This document shows positions 16,248 through 25,970 of a stretch of 64,000 nucleotides of DNA, one piece after another. Location of the stretch: the NCBI GenBank assembly GCA_039630085.1, contig JBCNVM010000002.1, positions 10,105-74,104 on the forward strand, given 5' to 3'. Below the pieces are notes generated by a model. That model searched no databases. It saw only the letters and a list, made by a program, of their open reading frames with translations, and was not told the origin of the DNA. Position 1 is the stretch's first letter. Every line of letters begins with the position of its first letter. Both the position numbers and the translations under genes were made by a program. This DNA is from Candidatus Caldarchaeales archaeon (GTDB lineage Archaea; Thermoproteota; Nitrososphaeria_A; Caldarchaeales; Calditenuaceae).

Positions 16248-17581
16248 GCCACTTCACCCCACTTGGTCCACACGGGCAGGCTCCGCTCTCCGATCTCGCC
16301 CGCGATTGGCGTCAGCATCGCGCTCTTGACATCCTCGGGGTCGCGGGACCTGTGAAGGGCCCAGCAGAGCTTGACGTAGGCCACCTCGGGCAGCATGTCG
16401 CCTAGCGGCGTGACGCCCGCGGCTAGGAGGTCCCTCCCGTTGTCGTAGACGTTCATGTTCACCCTGCCGAACCTGCACTGGGACCCCATTCCGACGAAGG
16501 CGCCGTTCCCGACGAGCCTCCTTATCGTTGGGATCCAGCTCGAGGCCACGTGCCCTAGCCCTGTCCCCTCGACGACGAAGCCCCTGTAGCCCATCTCCCA
16601 GAGCGCTTCAAGGACCTCAGCCCTCATCCCCGGTAAGAACTTCAACAGCACCGCCCTCTCGTCGAACCCGGGCTCGAAGGAGTAGTCGTCGGGTGACCTC
16701 GGGTGGAGGCCCTCTGCCTTCACGACCACCTCCCCGTCCCTCACGTAGGCCACCGGCCTCGAGTTGACGCTCCGGAAGGCGTCCCGGCTGCTCGTGTGGA
16801 GCTTCACGACCCTCGTCCCCCTGTGGACCGCGATGACGTCGTCCGAGTGCCACGCGTGCATCGCCACGACGACCTCCGCGAAGGGCGCCCTCCCAGCTAC
16901 CAGGAGGGCCGCGAGGAGGTTGGTCGCGGCGTCGCTCGAGGGCCTGTCGCTGCTCCTCTGGGCCCCCACCAGCACGACAGGGACGGGGGGCCTCTGGAGG
17001 GCGAAGCTGAGGGCCGCGGCCGTGTAGGCCATCGTGTCGGTGCCGTGCGCGACGACGACTCCGTTGTAACCCCTCTCGATCCTCTCGTGGACCGCCCTCG
17101 CTATGAGGTCCCACTCCCGCTGGGTCATGTTCTCGCTGTAGACCGAGAGGACGACCTCGCTCTCCACGTTGGCGACCTCCGAGACCTCCCTGACCGTCGA
17201 GACCAAGTCCTCCGTCGTCATCGCGGGCCTCACGGCTCCCGTCCTGTAGTCTACCCTCGACGCGATGGTCCCGCCGGTCCCGATGAGCGCGACCCTGGGC
17301 AGCCCTGGGTTGAGGGGAGGCAGCTCGCCCCTGACGAAGGCCGGGGCCCTGCCCCTCGAGAGCCTCCTGACCGTCGTCCGGTCGTCGACCGCGATCCCGA
17401 CATTGTAGCCGCTCCTTAGCTTCAGCGTGACTATCCCCTCCTCCGCGTACTCCGGCCTCGAGATCAGGTACCCGACGTACCTCGTGCCGTCGGCGGTGAC
17501 CACCTCCAGCTCGTCGCCGACCTCAGCCCCTAGGGACTCCAGGAGCTCGCCGAGCCTGCCCCTGTAGCCCGATCCGCCCAT
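16244..17581 (-). CDS. gatD: Glu-tRNA(Gln) amidotransferase subunit D (asparaginase-like)
   Basis: IGTGGTIASRVDYRTGAV and VAHGTDTMAYTAAALSF asparaginase motifs. Start set to ATG 17581; the track N-terminal 86 aa is a low-complexity extension running into the divergent CBS gene. Confidence 0.9.
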   Translation of the reverse strand: MGGSGYRGRLGELLESLGAEVGDELEVVTADGTRYVGYLISRPEYAEEGIVTLKLRSGYNVGIAVDDRTTVRRLSRGRAPAFVRGELPPLNPGLPRVALIGTGGTIASRVDYRTGAVRPAMTTEDLVSTVREVSEVANVESEVVLSVYSENMTQREWDLIARAVHERIERGYNGVVVAHGTDTMAYTAAALSFALQRPPVPVVLVGAQRSSDRPSSDAATNLLAALLVAGRAPFAEVVVAMHAWHSDDVIAVHRGTRVVKLHTSSRDAFRSVNSRPVAYVRDGEVVVKAEGLHPRSPDDYSFEPGFDERAVLLKFLPGMRAEVLEALWEMGYRGFVVEGTGLGHVASSWIPTIRRLVGNGAFVGMGSQCRFGRVNMNVYDNGRDLLAAGVTPLGDMLPEVAYVKLCWALHRSRDPEDVKSAMLTPIAGEIGERSLPVWTKWGEVA

Positions 17582-17644
17582 CCGCCGCGATCCCGGTCCG
17601 AGTATGACTAATAAGTTTCTGACACTGGGTTCTGGTGAGGGCAC

Positions 17645-18061
17645 ATGCCCATCACTGTTCGTGTAAGGGACGTGATGGAGACGGACGTGCCGACGATGGA
17701 GGCGGACGCGACCGTGATGGAGGCGGTGAAGCGAATGGTCGCCGAGAACGTGTGGTCTTTCCTGGTCACGAAGAAGGGCCTCCCGGTGGGGGTTGTCACG
17801 GAGAGGGACATCCTGAGGAGGTGCATCTCGAAGGGGCACAGCCTCAGCATGAGGCTGGAGGAGATCATGTCCTCGCCGATTATCACGATAGGTCCCGACG
17901 AGCCGATCGGCAAGGCGCTGCAGCTGATGGCGGAGAAGAACGTCAGGAGGCTCTACGTCGTCGAGGGCGGGAAGGTGGTCGGCCGGATCACCCAGACCAA
18001 GTCCATGGAGTCGCTGCTGAACGTCCTCCTCACGCTGCAGTCGCTGCCGTACCAGCTCTGA
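17645..18061 (+). CDS. CBS-domain pair protein
   Basis: Two CBS repeats (VRDVMETDVPTMEADATVMEAVKRM..., LEEIMSSPIITIGPDEPIGKALQLMAEKNVRRLYVV). Confidence 0.85.
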   Translation: MPITVRVRDVMETDVPTMEADATVMEAVKRMVAENVWSFLVTKKGLPVGVVTERDILRRCISKGHSLSMRLEEIMSSPIITIGPDEPIGKALQLMAEKNVRRLYVVEGGKVVGRITQTKSMESLLNVLLTLQSLPYQL

Positions 18062-18074
18062 GCGCCCAGCGCGG

Positions 18075-18494
18075 TCACGTCACGGGTATCCTCCTACCCG
18101 CTCCCTTCTTCCTCATCTTTACCTCCAGTATCCCGTTCCGGTAAACCCCTCTGACCGATTCGGTGTCGACGGGGTCCGGAAGCTCGAGGACCAGCCTGTA
18201 GCACTGGGCGGTCCTCTCGTAGCTCCTGCTCACCCTGACGCCGTACCTTATCGGCGCGTAGACGCTCACGCCGTGCTCGGAGACCTTCAGGTCGATCTCC
18301 TCCTTCCTGACGCCCGGCATGTCGACGCTCAGGACGTACTCCTCCTCGGTCTCCCGGAGGTCGTGGAGGGGCAGGAGACACTGGCCCGCCCACTCGTCGT
18401 GCCGGAGCTCGGTGAGGAACTGCTCGATGTCCCTCGCGATCTCCTCCTCTATCTCCCTGATGACGTCGAAGATCGACCTCCGCCTCCTGTACAT
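18075..18494 (-). CDS. hsp20: small heat-shock protein (Hsp20 / alpha-crystallin)
   Basis: EEYVLSVDMPGVRKEEIDLKV ... YRNGILEVKMRK. Start ATG 18494 lies about 30 nt downstream of a GTTATCTC box; upstream track extension rejected. Confidence 0.85.
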   Translation of the reverse strand: MYRRRRSIFDVIREIEEEIARDIEQFLTELRHDEWAGQCLLPLHDLRETEEEYVLSVDMPGVRKEEIDLKVSEHGVSVYAPIRYGVRVSRSYERTAQCYRLVLELPDPVDTESVRGVYRNGILEVKMRKKGAGRRIPVT

Positions 18495-18572
18495 TCCCCC
18501 GGAATCGTTCAGGGGGCTGGAGATAACGGTGACGGGCGACCCTATATTCGGCTGAGGCCTCATCGGCGCGGG

Positions 18573-19433
18573 ATGAGGGAGGTCGACGAGTCGTTCCTCG
18601 CTGGGGTCATACCCCCTCGCAGGAGGAGCTCGAGGAAGGGCGAGAACGGGGTCGTGCTCTGCGTCGGTGGGAGCAGGCTTTACCACGGCGCTCCGATCCT
18701 CATGGCCCTCGCGGCCTACCGGACCGGCGTCGACCTGGTCTACCTCGCGATACCCAGGGCCCACGAGGTCGCTGCGAGGTCAACGAGTCCTTCCCTGATC
18801 GTTATCCCGATGACCGACTACAAGCTGACCAAGCGCGTCGCAGACCAGGTCCTGAAGTGGCTCCCGGGCAAACCCAGCTCCGCCGCGATCGGTCCGGGCC
18901 TCTCGATCGCGAAGCCCGTCGCCCTCCAGTACCTCGTCGGTCAGCTGCTCTCGACGGGCGCGTCGGTTGCGCTCGACGCCGGCGCGCTCATCCCCGAGGT
19001 CCTAGAGGTGGTCTCGGGGAAGAGGGCGGTCCTCACGCCCCACGCTGGCGAGTTCAAGAGGCTCTTCGGGAGGGACCCGGGCCAGACGGTCGAGGAGAGG
19101 GCGAAGTCCGCGAGGGAGGAGGCCGCGAGGCACGGCGTGACCGTGCTGCTCAAGGGCCCCATCGACGTGATCACGGACGGAGAGGAGGTCCTGGTCAACA
19201 GGAGGGGTTCGCCGAACATGACCGTCGGCGGCACCGGAGACGTCCTGACGGGAATAGTCGCGGGCCTGCTGGCGAGGGGCATGAGGCCGCTCGAGGCCGC
19301 AGCAGCTGGCGCCTACGTGAACGGCGTCTGCGGCGAGATGGCGGAGCGCGAGGTCGGCCACCACCTCCTGCCCACGGACCTCCTCCCGCTCATCCCGAGG
19401 GCGATGATGGGGTTCGAGAGGACCGTCGACTGA
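18573..19433 (+). CDS. nnrD: ADP-dependent NAD(P)H-hydrate dehydratase (YjeF_C / NnrD)
   Basis: KGENGVVLCVGGSRLYHGAPILMALAAYRTGVDLV and GGTGDVLTGIVAGLLARG. ATG 18573 lies 28 nt downstream of CTATATTC. Confidence 0.85.
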   Translation: MREVDESFLAGVIPPRRRSSRKGENGVVLCVGGSRLYHGAPILMALAAYRTGVDLVYLAIPRAHEVAARSTSPSLIVIPMTDYKLTKRVADQVLKWLPGKPSSAAIGPGLSIAKPVALQYLVGQLLSTGASVALDAGALIPEVLEVVSGKRAVLTPHAGEFKRLFGRDPGQTVEERAKSAREEAARHGVTVLLKGPIDVITDGEEVLVNRRGSPNMTVGGTGDVLTGIVAGLLARGMRPLEAAAAGAYVNGVCGEMAEREVGHHLLPTDLLPLIPRAMMGFERTVD

Positions 19434-19434
19434 T

Positions 19435-21489
19435 TCAGGGCCTCGGCCTCAGCGACCTCAGGACCTCGCCGACGTCGTTGGTGGGGAGCCTGCAGGAGAA
19501 CCCCTCGCAGAGGTAGAACGTGGGGCCCTTCCCGAGGACGGACTTGTCGGAGACCACGTCCCTGAGCAGCTCCGGCGCCCCTCCCTCCTTCACGGGCGCG
19601 AGGACCGCATAGGGGTGGCAACTCCTGTAGAGCCTGAGCAGGGTCTCCGCGTCCAGCGGTCCCCTCGAGACGACGAAGAGCTCCCTCGCGTTTCTGCTGA
19701 GCAGCGGGAGCTCCGCGACGAGGTGGGGGAAGCTCAGCGGGTCCTCCGATATCTGTCCGCTCAGCCTCCTCGCGATCGAGTCGGCCGCGTCGCCGTACCT
19801 CCGATGTGCCGTCGCGTGGAAGAGACTCGAGAGGAGCGAGAACGCGAGCGTCGTGCCGGTCGGGATCACCCCCTCGTAGTTCTCCGGGAGGTTCGAGTGG
19901 GGCCCCTGCTCGTCCTTGGGCGAGTAGAGCACCGAGCCGTCCTCCAGGACGAACCTCTCCAGCAAGACGTCGGCCATCGAGGCCGCGAGCTCCAGGTACC
20001 TCTCCTCGCCCGTGAGGGACCAGACGTCGAGGGCCGCCCTTCCGACGGCGGCGTAGTCGTCCGACCTCCCCTCGAGCTCGCCCCTGCTCCCCAGCCAGTA
20101 CCTCCAGAGCCTCCCGCCGTCGAAGAGGAGGCGGACCAGCGAGTCGAGGGTCTCCCGCGCCAGCGCCAAGTAGGCCGTGTCTCCGAGCGCCGCGGCGGCC
20201 AGCGAGATCCCCGAGACCGCGAGCCCGTTCCAGGACGCGATCACCTTCTCGTCCCTCTCGGGCCTGACCCTTCCGGACCTCACATCGAGGAGCCTTCGCC
20301 TCACGGCCTCGAGCGCATCGTCCGCGCTCATCCCGAACGCGGCCGCGAGCTCCGAGGGGTCTCCCGCGGCCATCAGGACGTTCCTCCCCGCCTCGAAGTT
20401 GCCGGACTCGGTCGCACCGAAGAACCTCGCGACGGCCCTACCCAGCTCCTCGCCGAAGGCCTCGATCAGCTCCCGATGGGTCCAGGTGTAGTAGCGGCCC
20501 TCCTCGCCCTCGGACTCGGCGTCGAGGGAGGAGCAGAAGCAGCCCGACTCGGACCTCAGCTCCCTGACCATGAACCCGACCGTCTCCCTCACGACCCTAG
20601 CGTACCTCTCGAGTCCGGTCAGGACGTAGGCCTCCGCGTAGGCCGAGGTCAGGAGGGCGTTGTCGTAGAGCATCTTCTCGAAGTGGGGGACCCTCCATGC
20701 CCTGTCAACCGAGTACCTGTGGAAGCCTCCGCCGATCTGGTCCATGATCCCGCCCCTCGCCATCGAGTCCAGCGTCCTCACGAGGACCCGCCTCGAGAGC
20801 TGGTCCCCGGTGAGCGCGTGGTGCCTCGAGGCGACCAGAATCAGCCCGACCTGAGGGAACTTGGGAGCCTCCCCGAAGCCTCCGTAGTCCTCGTCGAAGA
20901 GCATCACGAGCTGGTCGAAGGCGTTCGCGACGGCCTCGTTCGGCTCGCCGGGCTCATCCCTCGGCCTAGGGAGCGAGAAGCTCTCCCTCACGAGCCTGTC
21001 GATCCTTTCTGCCTCCGCGACGACCTCCTCCCTCCTGTTCTTCCACGCGTTGATGACCGCGAGCAGCACCTCCTTGAGGCTCGGGAGGCCGTACCTAGGC
21101 TCCTTGGGGAAGTAGGTCCCGCCGAAGAAGGGCTTCAGGTCCGGAGTCAGGAAGACGGTCAGCGGCCAGCCGCCGGTCCCCGTCATCAGCTGGACCGCCC
21201 TCATGTAGTACTCGTCGACGTGCGGGTGCTCCTCCCGGTCGACCTTGACGGGGACGAAGTGCCTGTTCAGGAGCTTCGCGGTCTCCTCGTCCTCGAAGGA
21301 CTCCCTCTCCATCACCGAACACCAGTGACAGGCGAGGTACCCGATGCTCAGGAAGATCGGCCTGTCCTCCTCCCTCGCCCTCCTGAAGGCCTCCCCGCCC
21401 CAAGGGTACCAGTCGACCGGGTTACGGGCGTGCCTCCTGAGGTACTGGCTCTTCGCGGCCGCCAGCCTGCTCGTCCCCTTCCTCTCCAC
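19435..21489 (-). CDS. thioredoxin-domain protein of the YyaL / DUF255 (SSP411-like) family with (alpha/alpha)6 barrel
   Basis: [53 protein letters not shown] is the DUF255 N-terminus; 684 aa. Confidence 0.85.
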   Translation of the reverse strand: MERKGTSRLAAAKSQYLRRHARNPVDWYPWGGEAFRRAREEDRPIFLSIGYLACHWCSVMERESFEDEETAKLLNRHFVPVKVDREEHPHVDEYYMRAVQLMTGTGGWPLTVFLTPDLKPFFGGTYFPKEPRYGLPSLKEVLLAVINAWKNRREEVVAEAERIDRLVRESFSLPRPRDEPGEPNEAVANAFDQLVMLFDEDYGGFGEAPKFPQVGLILVASRHHALTGDQLSRRVLVRTLDSMARGGIMDQIGGGFHRYSVDRAWRVPHFEKMLYDNALLTSAYAEAYVLTGLERYARVVRETVGFMVRELRSESGCFCSSLDAESEGEEGRYYTWTHRELIEAFGEELGRAVARFFGATESGNFEAGRNVLMAAGDPSELAAAFGMSADDALEAVRRRLLDVRSGRVRPERDEKVIASWNGLAVSGISLAAAALGDTAYLALARETLDSLVRLLFDGGRLWRYWLGSRGELEGRSDDYAAVGRAALDVWSLTGEERYLELAASMADVLLERFVLEDGSVLYSPKDEQGPHSNLPENYEGVIPTGTTLAFSLLSSLFHATAHRRYGDAADSIARRLSGQISEDPLSFPHLVAELPLLSRNARELFVVSRGPLDAETLLRLYRSCHPYAVLAPVKEGGAPELLRDVVSDKSVLGKGPTFYLCEGFSCRLPTNDVGEVLRSLRPRP

Positions 21490-21650
21490 GTCCCATCCGC
21501 CCGCTCCCCGTAGATAACGTGTTCCGGTCGACCGGGCATCGCGGAGGTCCCCTCTGGTGCCGGCGCGATGGCCCCTGAAGCTCCGAAACCTCCGACCCCG
21601 ACTCCTTAAAAACCGAAAATTCAGGTCATACGGCTTGTAGTTTCAACAAC

Positions 21651-21701
21651 TAATCCGGCACCATGTTGTTATGACAACAGCGTTATCAGGCACCGATTTG
21701 T
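21651..21701. promoter_or_regulatory. A/T-rich divergent control region with an imperfect direct repeat and an inverted repeat
   Basis: TAATCCGGCACCATGTTGT (21651-21669) and TTATCAGGCACCGATTTGT (21683-21701) match at 14/19 positions, 32 nt apart. GTTGT-TATG-ACAAC palindrome at 21665-21678. Confidence 0.3.
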
Positions 21702-21713
21702 AGTGTCCGCACC

Positions 21714-22928
21714 TTGCACGCTGGAACTTCTCAGGTGCTGAAGGCTGGGGCTCCGAGGATGTGGCCGCTGGGCGCGCTGGGCTTCGTCGCGCTGATAGAC
21801 ACCTCGATGATCTCGCCGGTGATCGCGTCCCACGCGCTGCTGCTGGGCGCCGACAGGGTCCTCGCGGCCACGATAGCCGGGTCCTACTCCCTAGTCGCGA
21901 TCTTCACGACGATGGTCGCGGGCTACCTGGTCGACAGGCTCGGGAGGCGGAGGCTCTTGGGTGCGGGGCTCGCCGCGGACCTCCTCCTGATGTTCGGCTA
22001 CGCGCTCTCTACGAGTCCGCTCCAGCTGCTCGCGGTCAGGATCGCCCACGCGGTCGCCGACGCCTTCGTCGTCCCGTCGGCCCTCGCGACGATCGGAGAC
22101 CTGTTCCAGAGGGTCTTAGGCAGGTCGCTGGCGATCTACTGGACCTTCGTGGCCGTCGCGATAATCGTCGGGTCCGGGAGCGCGAGCGCCCTCGTGCTGA
22201 GGTTCGGGCACCCCAGCGTGTACCTGGTCGTCGCCGCCGCGATGGCCGCGACGCTGATCGCGCTCAGGTTCGGTGGTTACGCGCGGAGGGAAGAAGGTCG
22301 CGACGGACGCGGCCCCTACTGGGCCCTGATCTCAGCGCACCTCCTGCCGATCGCCCTCGCGTCGGCGGCCATGCTCTCGATGTACCTGGTCATAGGAGGG
22401 GTCATCGGCACCGCTCCGTCGGTGCTCGTGGAGAGGGGCGGACTCGACGAGAGGGGAGCTGCCGCGATGGTCGGGCTGTTCATGGCCCTTTCGACCGGGG
22501 TCGCGATACCTCTATTCTTCGCCGCGGAGCAAGTCGCCTCGAGGGTCTCGCCTTACGCGGGAGCGGCAGTCGGCTTGGTCGCGGCCTCCGCAGCTTCTTA
22601 CCTCCTCGACGCGGGGCTGACCTTCATGGCGCTCTGGCACGCCAGCGCGGTCGCGTTCGGCGTCACCCTCGGCTTCGTCTTCCTGACCTCCTCGTACATC
22701 GCGGTCTCCCTGCCCTCCGCGGTCCGGGGCACAGCCTCGGGGCTCTCTCAAGGGATGGGGCTGATGGGGGTGGTCGCGGGCTCGCTGATCTCGGCGGTCG
22801 TCGCTGGCCTCGACCTGCCGCTCGGGACGTTCACGATGATGGGCCTTCCCTCCCTGGCGACCGCTGGCCTGGCGGCTGCAGTCTTCGTCCGTCGAGGTCG
22901 CGGCGGGAAACCCGAAAATAGAGCCTGA
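21714..22928 (+). CDS. major facilitator superfamily transporter
   Basis: About 12 TM helices; loop 2-3 motif GYLVDRLGRRRLL; start codon uncertain (TTG 21714 or the ATG 15 codons downstream). Confidence 0.75.
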   Translation: MHAGTSQVLKAGAPRMWPLGALGFVALIDTSMISPVIASHALLLGADRVLAATIAGSYSLVAIFTTMVAGYLVDRLGRRRLLGAGLAADLLLMFGYALSTSPLQLLAVRIAHAVADAFVVPSALATIGDLFQRVLGRSLAIYWTFVAVAIIVGSGSASALVLRFGHPSVYLVVAAAMAATLIALRFGGYARREEGRDGRGPYWALISAHLLPIALASAAMLSMYLVIGGVIGTAPSVLVERGGLDERGAAAMVGLFMALSTGVAIPLFFAAEQVASRVSPYAGAAVGLVAASAASYLLDAGLTFMALWHASAVAFGVTLGFVFLTSSYIAVSLPSAVRGTASGLSQGMGLMGVVAGSLISAVVAGLDLPLGTFTMMGLPSLATAGLAAAVFVRRGRGGKPENRA

Positions 22929-22941
22929 GCCGTGTATTCCC

Positions 22942-23490
22942 GTGAGCACTAAGGTCTCGAAGGAACAGATCGAGGCCTTCGTGAAGACCTGGCTCGGATA
23001 CGTCGAGTCGGAAAAGGAAAGGACCGGGCTCCCGATCGTGGGGGACGAGAAGAGCGGCGACCCGCTCTTCGTCGACCAGAGGGAGATCAGGCTCAGGTAC
23101 CTCATCCCCGTCAAGAGGATCTCCCAGTTCTTCGAGGGCCTGAAGAGGAACGAGGTCCTCTACACCGAGTGCAAGAGATGCGGGTTCAAGTTCTTCCCGC
23201 CCCAGTCCGACTGCTCCAAGTGCGGCTCCAGCGAGATGGAGTGGAAGAAGGTCGAGGGCGAGGGCACGCTCCTCACGTACACGAAGATCCTCGTCAAACC
23301 GGCGAGCTTCATGCACTACGACGACTACATCGTCGGGATCGCGAGGATGAAGGAGGGCTTCAACGTCCTCGCGTGGGTGAGGGCAGGCGACGTCTCGGAG
23401 CTGAAGGTCGGGATGCCGGTGCGGCTCGAGGTGGAGAGGAGGCAGGAGGACAACTACTTCACGTACGTGCTGGTACCCCTGAGGTCTTGA
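22942..23490 (+). CDS. DUF35 OB-fold / rubredoxin-like zinc-ribbon protein (thiolase / HMG-CoA-synthase scaffold family)
   Basis: CKRCGFKFFPPQSDCSKCGS zinc ribbon followed by the OB fold EWKKVEGEGTLLTYTKI. Confidence 0.8.
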   Translation: MSTKVSKEQIEAFVKTWLGYVESEKERTGLPIVGDEKSGDPLFVDQREIRLRYLIPVKRISQFFEGLKRNEVLYTECKRCGFKFFPPQSDCSKCGSSEMEWKKVEGEGTLLTYTKILVKPASFMHYDDYIVGIARMKEGFNVLAWVRAGDVSELKVGMPVRLEVERRQEDNYFTYVLVPLRS

Positions 23491-24287
23491 CGCTCGGCCT
23501 GACGCTGAGCGAGTTAAGGTCGATCGTCGAGGAGGCGAAAGGGGTCCTCTCGGCCGAGCCCGCGGTCCTGAGGGTCAGGGCCAGCAGGGTCCTCGCGGTC
23601 GGGGACCTACACGGCGACATCGAGTCCCTGGAGTCGTCGCTGGAGCTGATGGACCAGTACGACGCGCTGCTCTTCCTCGGGGACTTCGTCGACAGGGGGC
23701 CCTACCAGCTCGAGGTCCTCGTGGAGCTGATGCGGGCGAAGGTCGAGTCCCGGGACAGGGTCCTGTTGATCAGAGGGAACCACGAGACCGCCACGATGAA
23801 CCACGCCTACGGGTTCTACCACGTCGTCGCGAGGAGGTTCGGAGCCGGAGCCTACGGCCTGGTGGCGGACCTGTTCTCGGAGCTCCCGATCTTCGCGGTC
23901 GTCAACGGCGAGACGATGGCCGTACACGGGGGCATACCGAGGGGCGTGGGCTCGGTCGGCGAGCTGATGGACGTCAGGAAGCAGGGCGAGGACCTCGAGG
24001 ACGACGTTGTGATCCAGATGCTCTGGAACGACCCCGACGAGTCGATCGAGGACTTCGGGCCGAGCTGGAGGGGCCCCGGGATCTACACCTACGGCAGGCG
24101 CGCGGTCTCGAGATTCCTCTCGGCCTCAGGGCTGAAGAGGATCGTGAGGGCCCACGAGCCCGAGCTGAACGGCCTTCGGTTCAGCTTCGGCGGGTCCGTG
24201 GTCACCGTCTTCTCCTGCAGGCACTACGGGATCTCGCCTGCGGCCCTCGAGCTGGGCCCCGACGGACCCAAGAGGGTGCAGCTGTAG
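23487..24287 (+). CDS. PPP-family Ser/Thr protein phosphatase (metallophosphoesterase)
   Basis: GDLHGD, GDFVDRG, GNHE and HGG motifs in PPP order. TTG 23487 overlaps the DUF35 stop (TTGA); the upstream part of track ORF 23169..24287 is a shadow. Confidence 0.8.
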   Translation: MTLGLTLSELRSIVEEAKGVLSAEPAVLRVRASRVLAVGDLHGDIESLESSLELMDQYDALLFLGDFVDRGPYQLEVLVELMRAKVESRDRVLLIRGNHETATMNHAYGFYHVVARRFGAGAYGLVADLFSELPIFAVVNGETMAVHGGIPRGVGSVGELMDVRKQGEDLEDDVVIQMLWNDPDESIEDFGPSWRGPGIYTYGRRAVSRFLSASGLKRIVRAHEPELNGLRFSFGGSVVTVFSCRHYGISPAALELGPDGPKRVQL

Positions 24288-24290
24288 GAA

Positions 24291-25169
24291 TTGAGGCTGA
24301 GGGATGTCCTGGACCCGAGGGCCCTCGCGGACTCGCTCTCAGCCGGGGTTAGGTTCAGGAGGGCGTTCGCGGTCTTCGGCATCGCGGCCGCGCTGGTCGC
24401 GACCTCCGGCGTCGTCAACACGGTCCTCCTCACCGAGTGGGTCTACCCTTTCACATCGTTCAGGGAGATCGTCCTGCCCTTCACCTCCGCGAGGGACGTC
24501 GCGTTTGCCTCGGTCGGGTACCTCGTGATGGGGACGGTCGTGGTCACGTTCACGCTGGCGGCGTTCTCCTACACCTCGGGCAGAAGGGGCTTCTCCGCGG
24601 AGCTGGTCTCGGTGGTGCTTCACGCAACGGCCTTCGTCGCGCTGGCCTCCGCGCTGGTCCTCGCCTACGGACTCGTCGCCGAGCAGAGGACCTTCTACGT
24701 GGTCGGAGTCGAGGTCGAGGGCTTCAAGGCCGAAAACGTCACCTACGCCGGCCAGCTCGTCGGGAGCGCCGAGGAGGTCAGGGGCGTCGCCGATGTCGCG
24801 AGGGCGAAGAGGCTCGAGATGAGGGTCGAGCCGGAGGACGTAAGTTCCCTCAGGGACGGGAAATTCAGGGAGAGGGTGGTGCTGAGGGGGCTTGCCGTGA
24901 GGGCCAACCGGACCGTATTGGAGGTCGGCGACGTCGTGGTCAGCTCGATCAGGTACGACCTGATGTCCTACGAGTCCCTCGAGTCCGTGGACTTTGTCCC
25001 GAGGGTCCAGAGGGAGCCCGTCTCCGCAGCGATCTCCGTCGGCGGCTGGATATCGATGGTCGTCCACTCTTGCTGGACGCTCAAGATCAGGATGAGGGCT
25101 GGAACGCGCTGGGCCGTCGGCGCGACTGCTGCTGTCACGGCCGTCCTGCTGATCCTCGGGATCCTGTGA
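24291..25169 (+). CDS. hypothetical polytopic membrane protein
   Basis: Three N-terminal helices and one C-terminal helix flank a ~150-aa soluble segment; codon usage like neighbours; no recognisable family. Confidence 0.45.
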   Translation: MRLRDVLDPRALADSLSAGVRFRRAFAVFGIAAALVATSGVVNTVLLTEWVYPFTSFREIVLPFTSARDVAFASVGYLVMGTVVVTFTLAAFSYTSGRRGFSAELVSVVLHATAFVALASALVLAYGLVAEQRTFYVVGVEVEGFKAENVTYAGQLVGSAEEVRGVADVARAKRLEMRVEPEDVSSLRDGKFRERVVLRGLAVRANRTVLEVGDVVVSSIRYDLMSYESLESVDFVPRVQREPVSAAISVGGWISMVVHSCWTLKIRMRAGTRWAVGATAAVTAVLLILGIL

Positions 25170-25881
25170 CCCTGCCCGACCTGTCGATCTCTCCGGCCCT
25201 GACTCTGGTGCTGGAGACAGGGAGGCCGTCCTCCGCGAGCACGACGGGCCCGACCTCCACGGCAATCGGAGGCCTGCTCGAGGATGACCGCTCCGCAGCG
25301 ATCCTGAGGCAGTTCTTGATGGTGAAGGGGCTCCCCACGACGACGTCGAAGCTCTCGTCGGTCACCGGCGGCCCGAGGGGGTCGTCGAGCTCGCCGATCT
25401 CGCACCTGCCCGCCCAGCCGTGCCTCCTCACCGCCTCCTCCAGCTCCCTCCTCCGGTCCTCGTAGCTCATGATCCCCCTCTTCCCCATGCTTACCGCGAA
25501 GCCGTCGGTGACCAGCCCGATGAAGACCCTCTCGGCCTCCCTGAAGGCTGCGTTGAAGAGCGCGAGGTGTCCGACGTGGAGCCTGTCGAAGGTCCCGCCT
25601 ATTCCGGCCCTCCTGTACCTCGGCCTGACGTGCCTGCTCAGCCTGATCTCGTCGAGGACCTCGTCCCACCAGAGCCTCGAGGACCTCAGCAGCACGAGCC
25701 CCACGCCCCTCGGCACGCCGAGCGCCCTCGAGAGCGCCTCGTGGTCGACCTTTGGGTTCGTGACGGCGATCTCAGCGGCGAGGGCCCTGAGCTCCCTGTA
25801 GTTCGGCATCGACCTCACGGCCTCGAAGAGCACCGAGTAGAGCAGCTCCGCCGACGCCGCCCTGCTCCGGTTCCCGGGCAA
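25135..25881 (-). CDS. coaD: archaeal phosphopantetheine adenylyltransferase (cytidylyltransferase fold) with ~75-aa N-terminal extension
   Basis: GIGGTFDRLHVGHLALF is the GGTFDxLHxGH nucleotidyltransferase motif; C-terminal ISSTRVR-like VSSTRVRAGEI. Confidence 0.7.
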   Translation of the reverse strand: MPGNRSRAASAELLYSVLFEAVRSMPNYRELRALAAEIAVTNPKVDHEALSRALGVPRGVGLVLLRSSRLWWDEVLDEIRLSRHVRPRYRRAGIGGTFDRLHVGHLALFNAAFREAERVFIGLVTDGFAVSMGKRGIMSYEDRRRELEEAVRRHGWAGRCEIGELDDPLGPPVTDESFDVVVGSPFTIKNCLRIAAERSSSSRPPIAVEVGPVVLAEDGLPVSSTRVRAGEIDRSGRVTGSRGSAGRP

Positions 25882-25970
25882 TCCGGCCCACCACGACCTC
25901 CCCTCACGTGAAAAATCCTCCTTTCGGAGGGGAGTTAGGCATTTTACCGGAGTTCCGGTCAGGGAGGTGG

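Noticed and set aside
17582-17644. C/D-box-like strings (AUGACUA ... CUGA) in the gatD / CBS divergent spacer.
   Set aside because: The C-box match is poor (5/7), the spacer is only 8 nt, and there is no C'/D' pair or terminal stem. The A/T-rich segment is better explained as the shared TATA region of the two divergent genes.
25898-25934. Mutually exclusive hairpins in the coaD / tatC spacer: CTCCCCTC (25898-25905) or CCTCC (25917-25921) can each pair with GGAGGGGAG (25926-25934).
   Set aside because: The stems are short and purine/pyrimidine-biased, as expected by chance in this composition. With leaderless transcripts the region would not be transcribed into either mRNA. I see no supporting feature for a riboswitch or attenuator.
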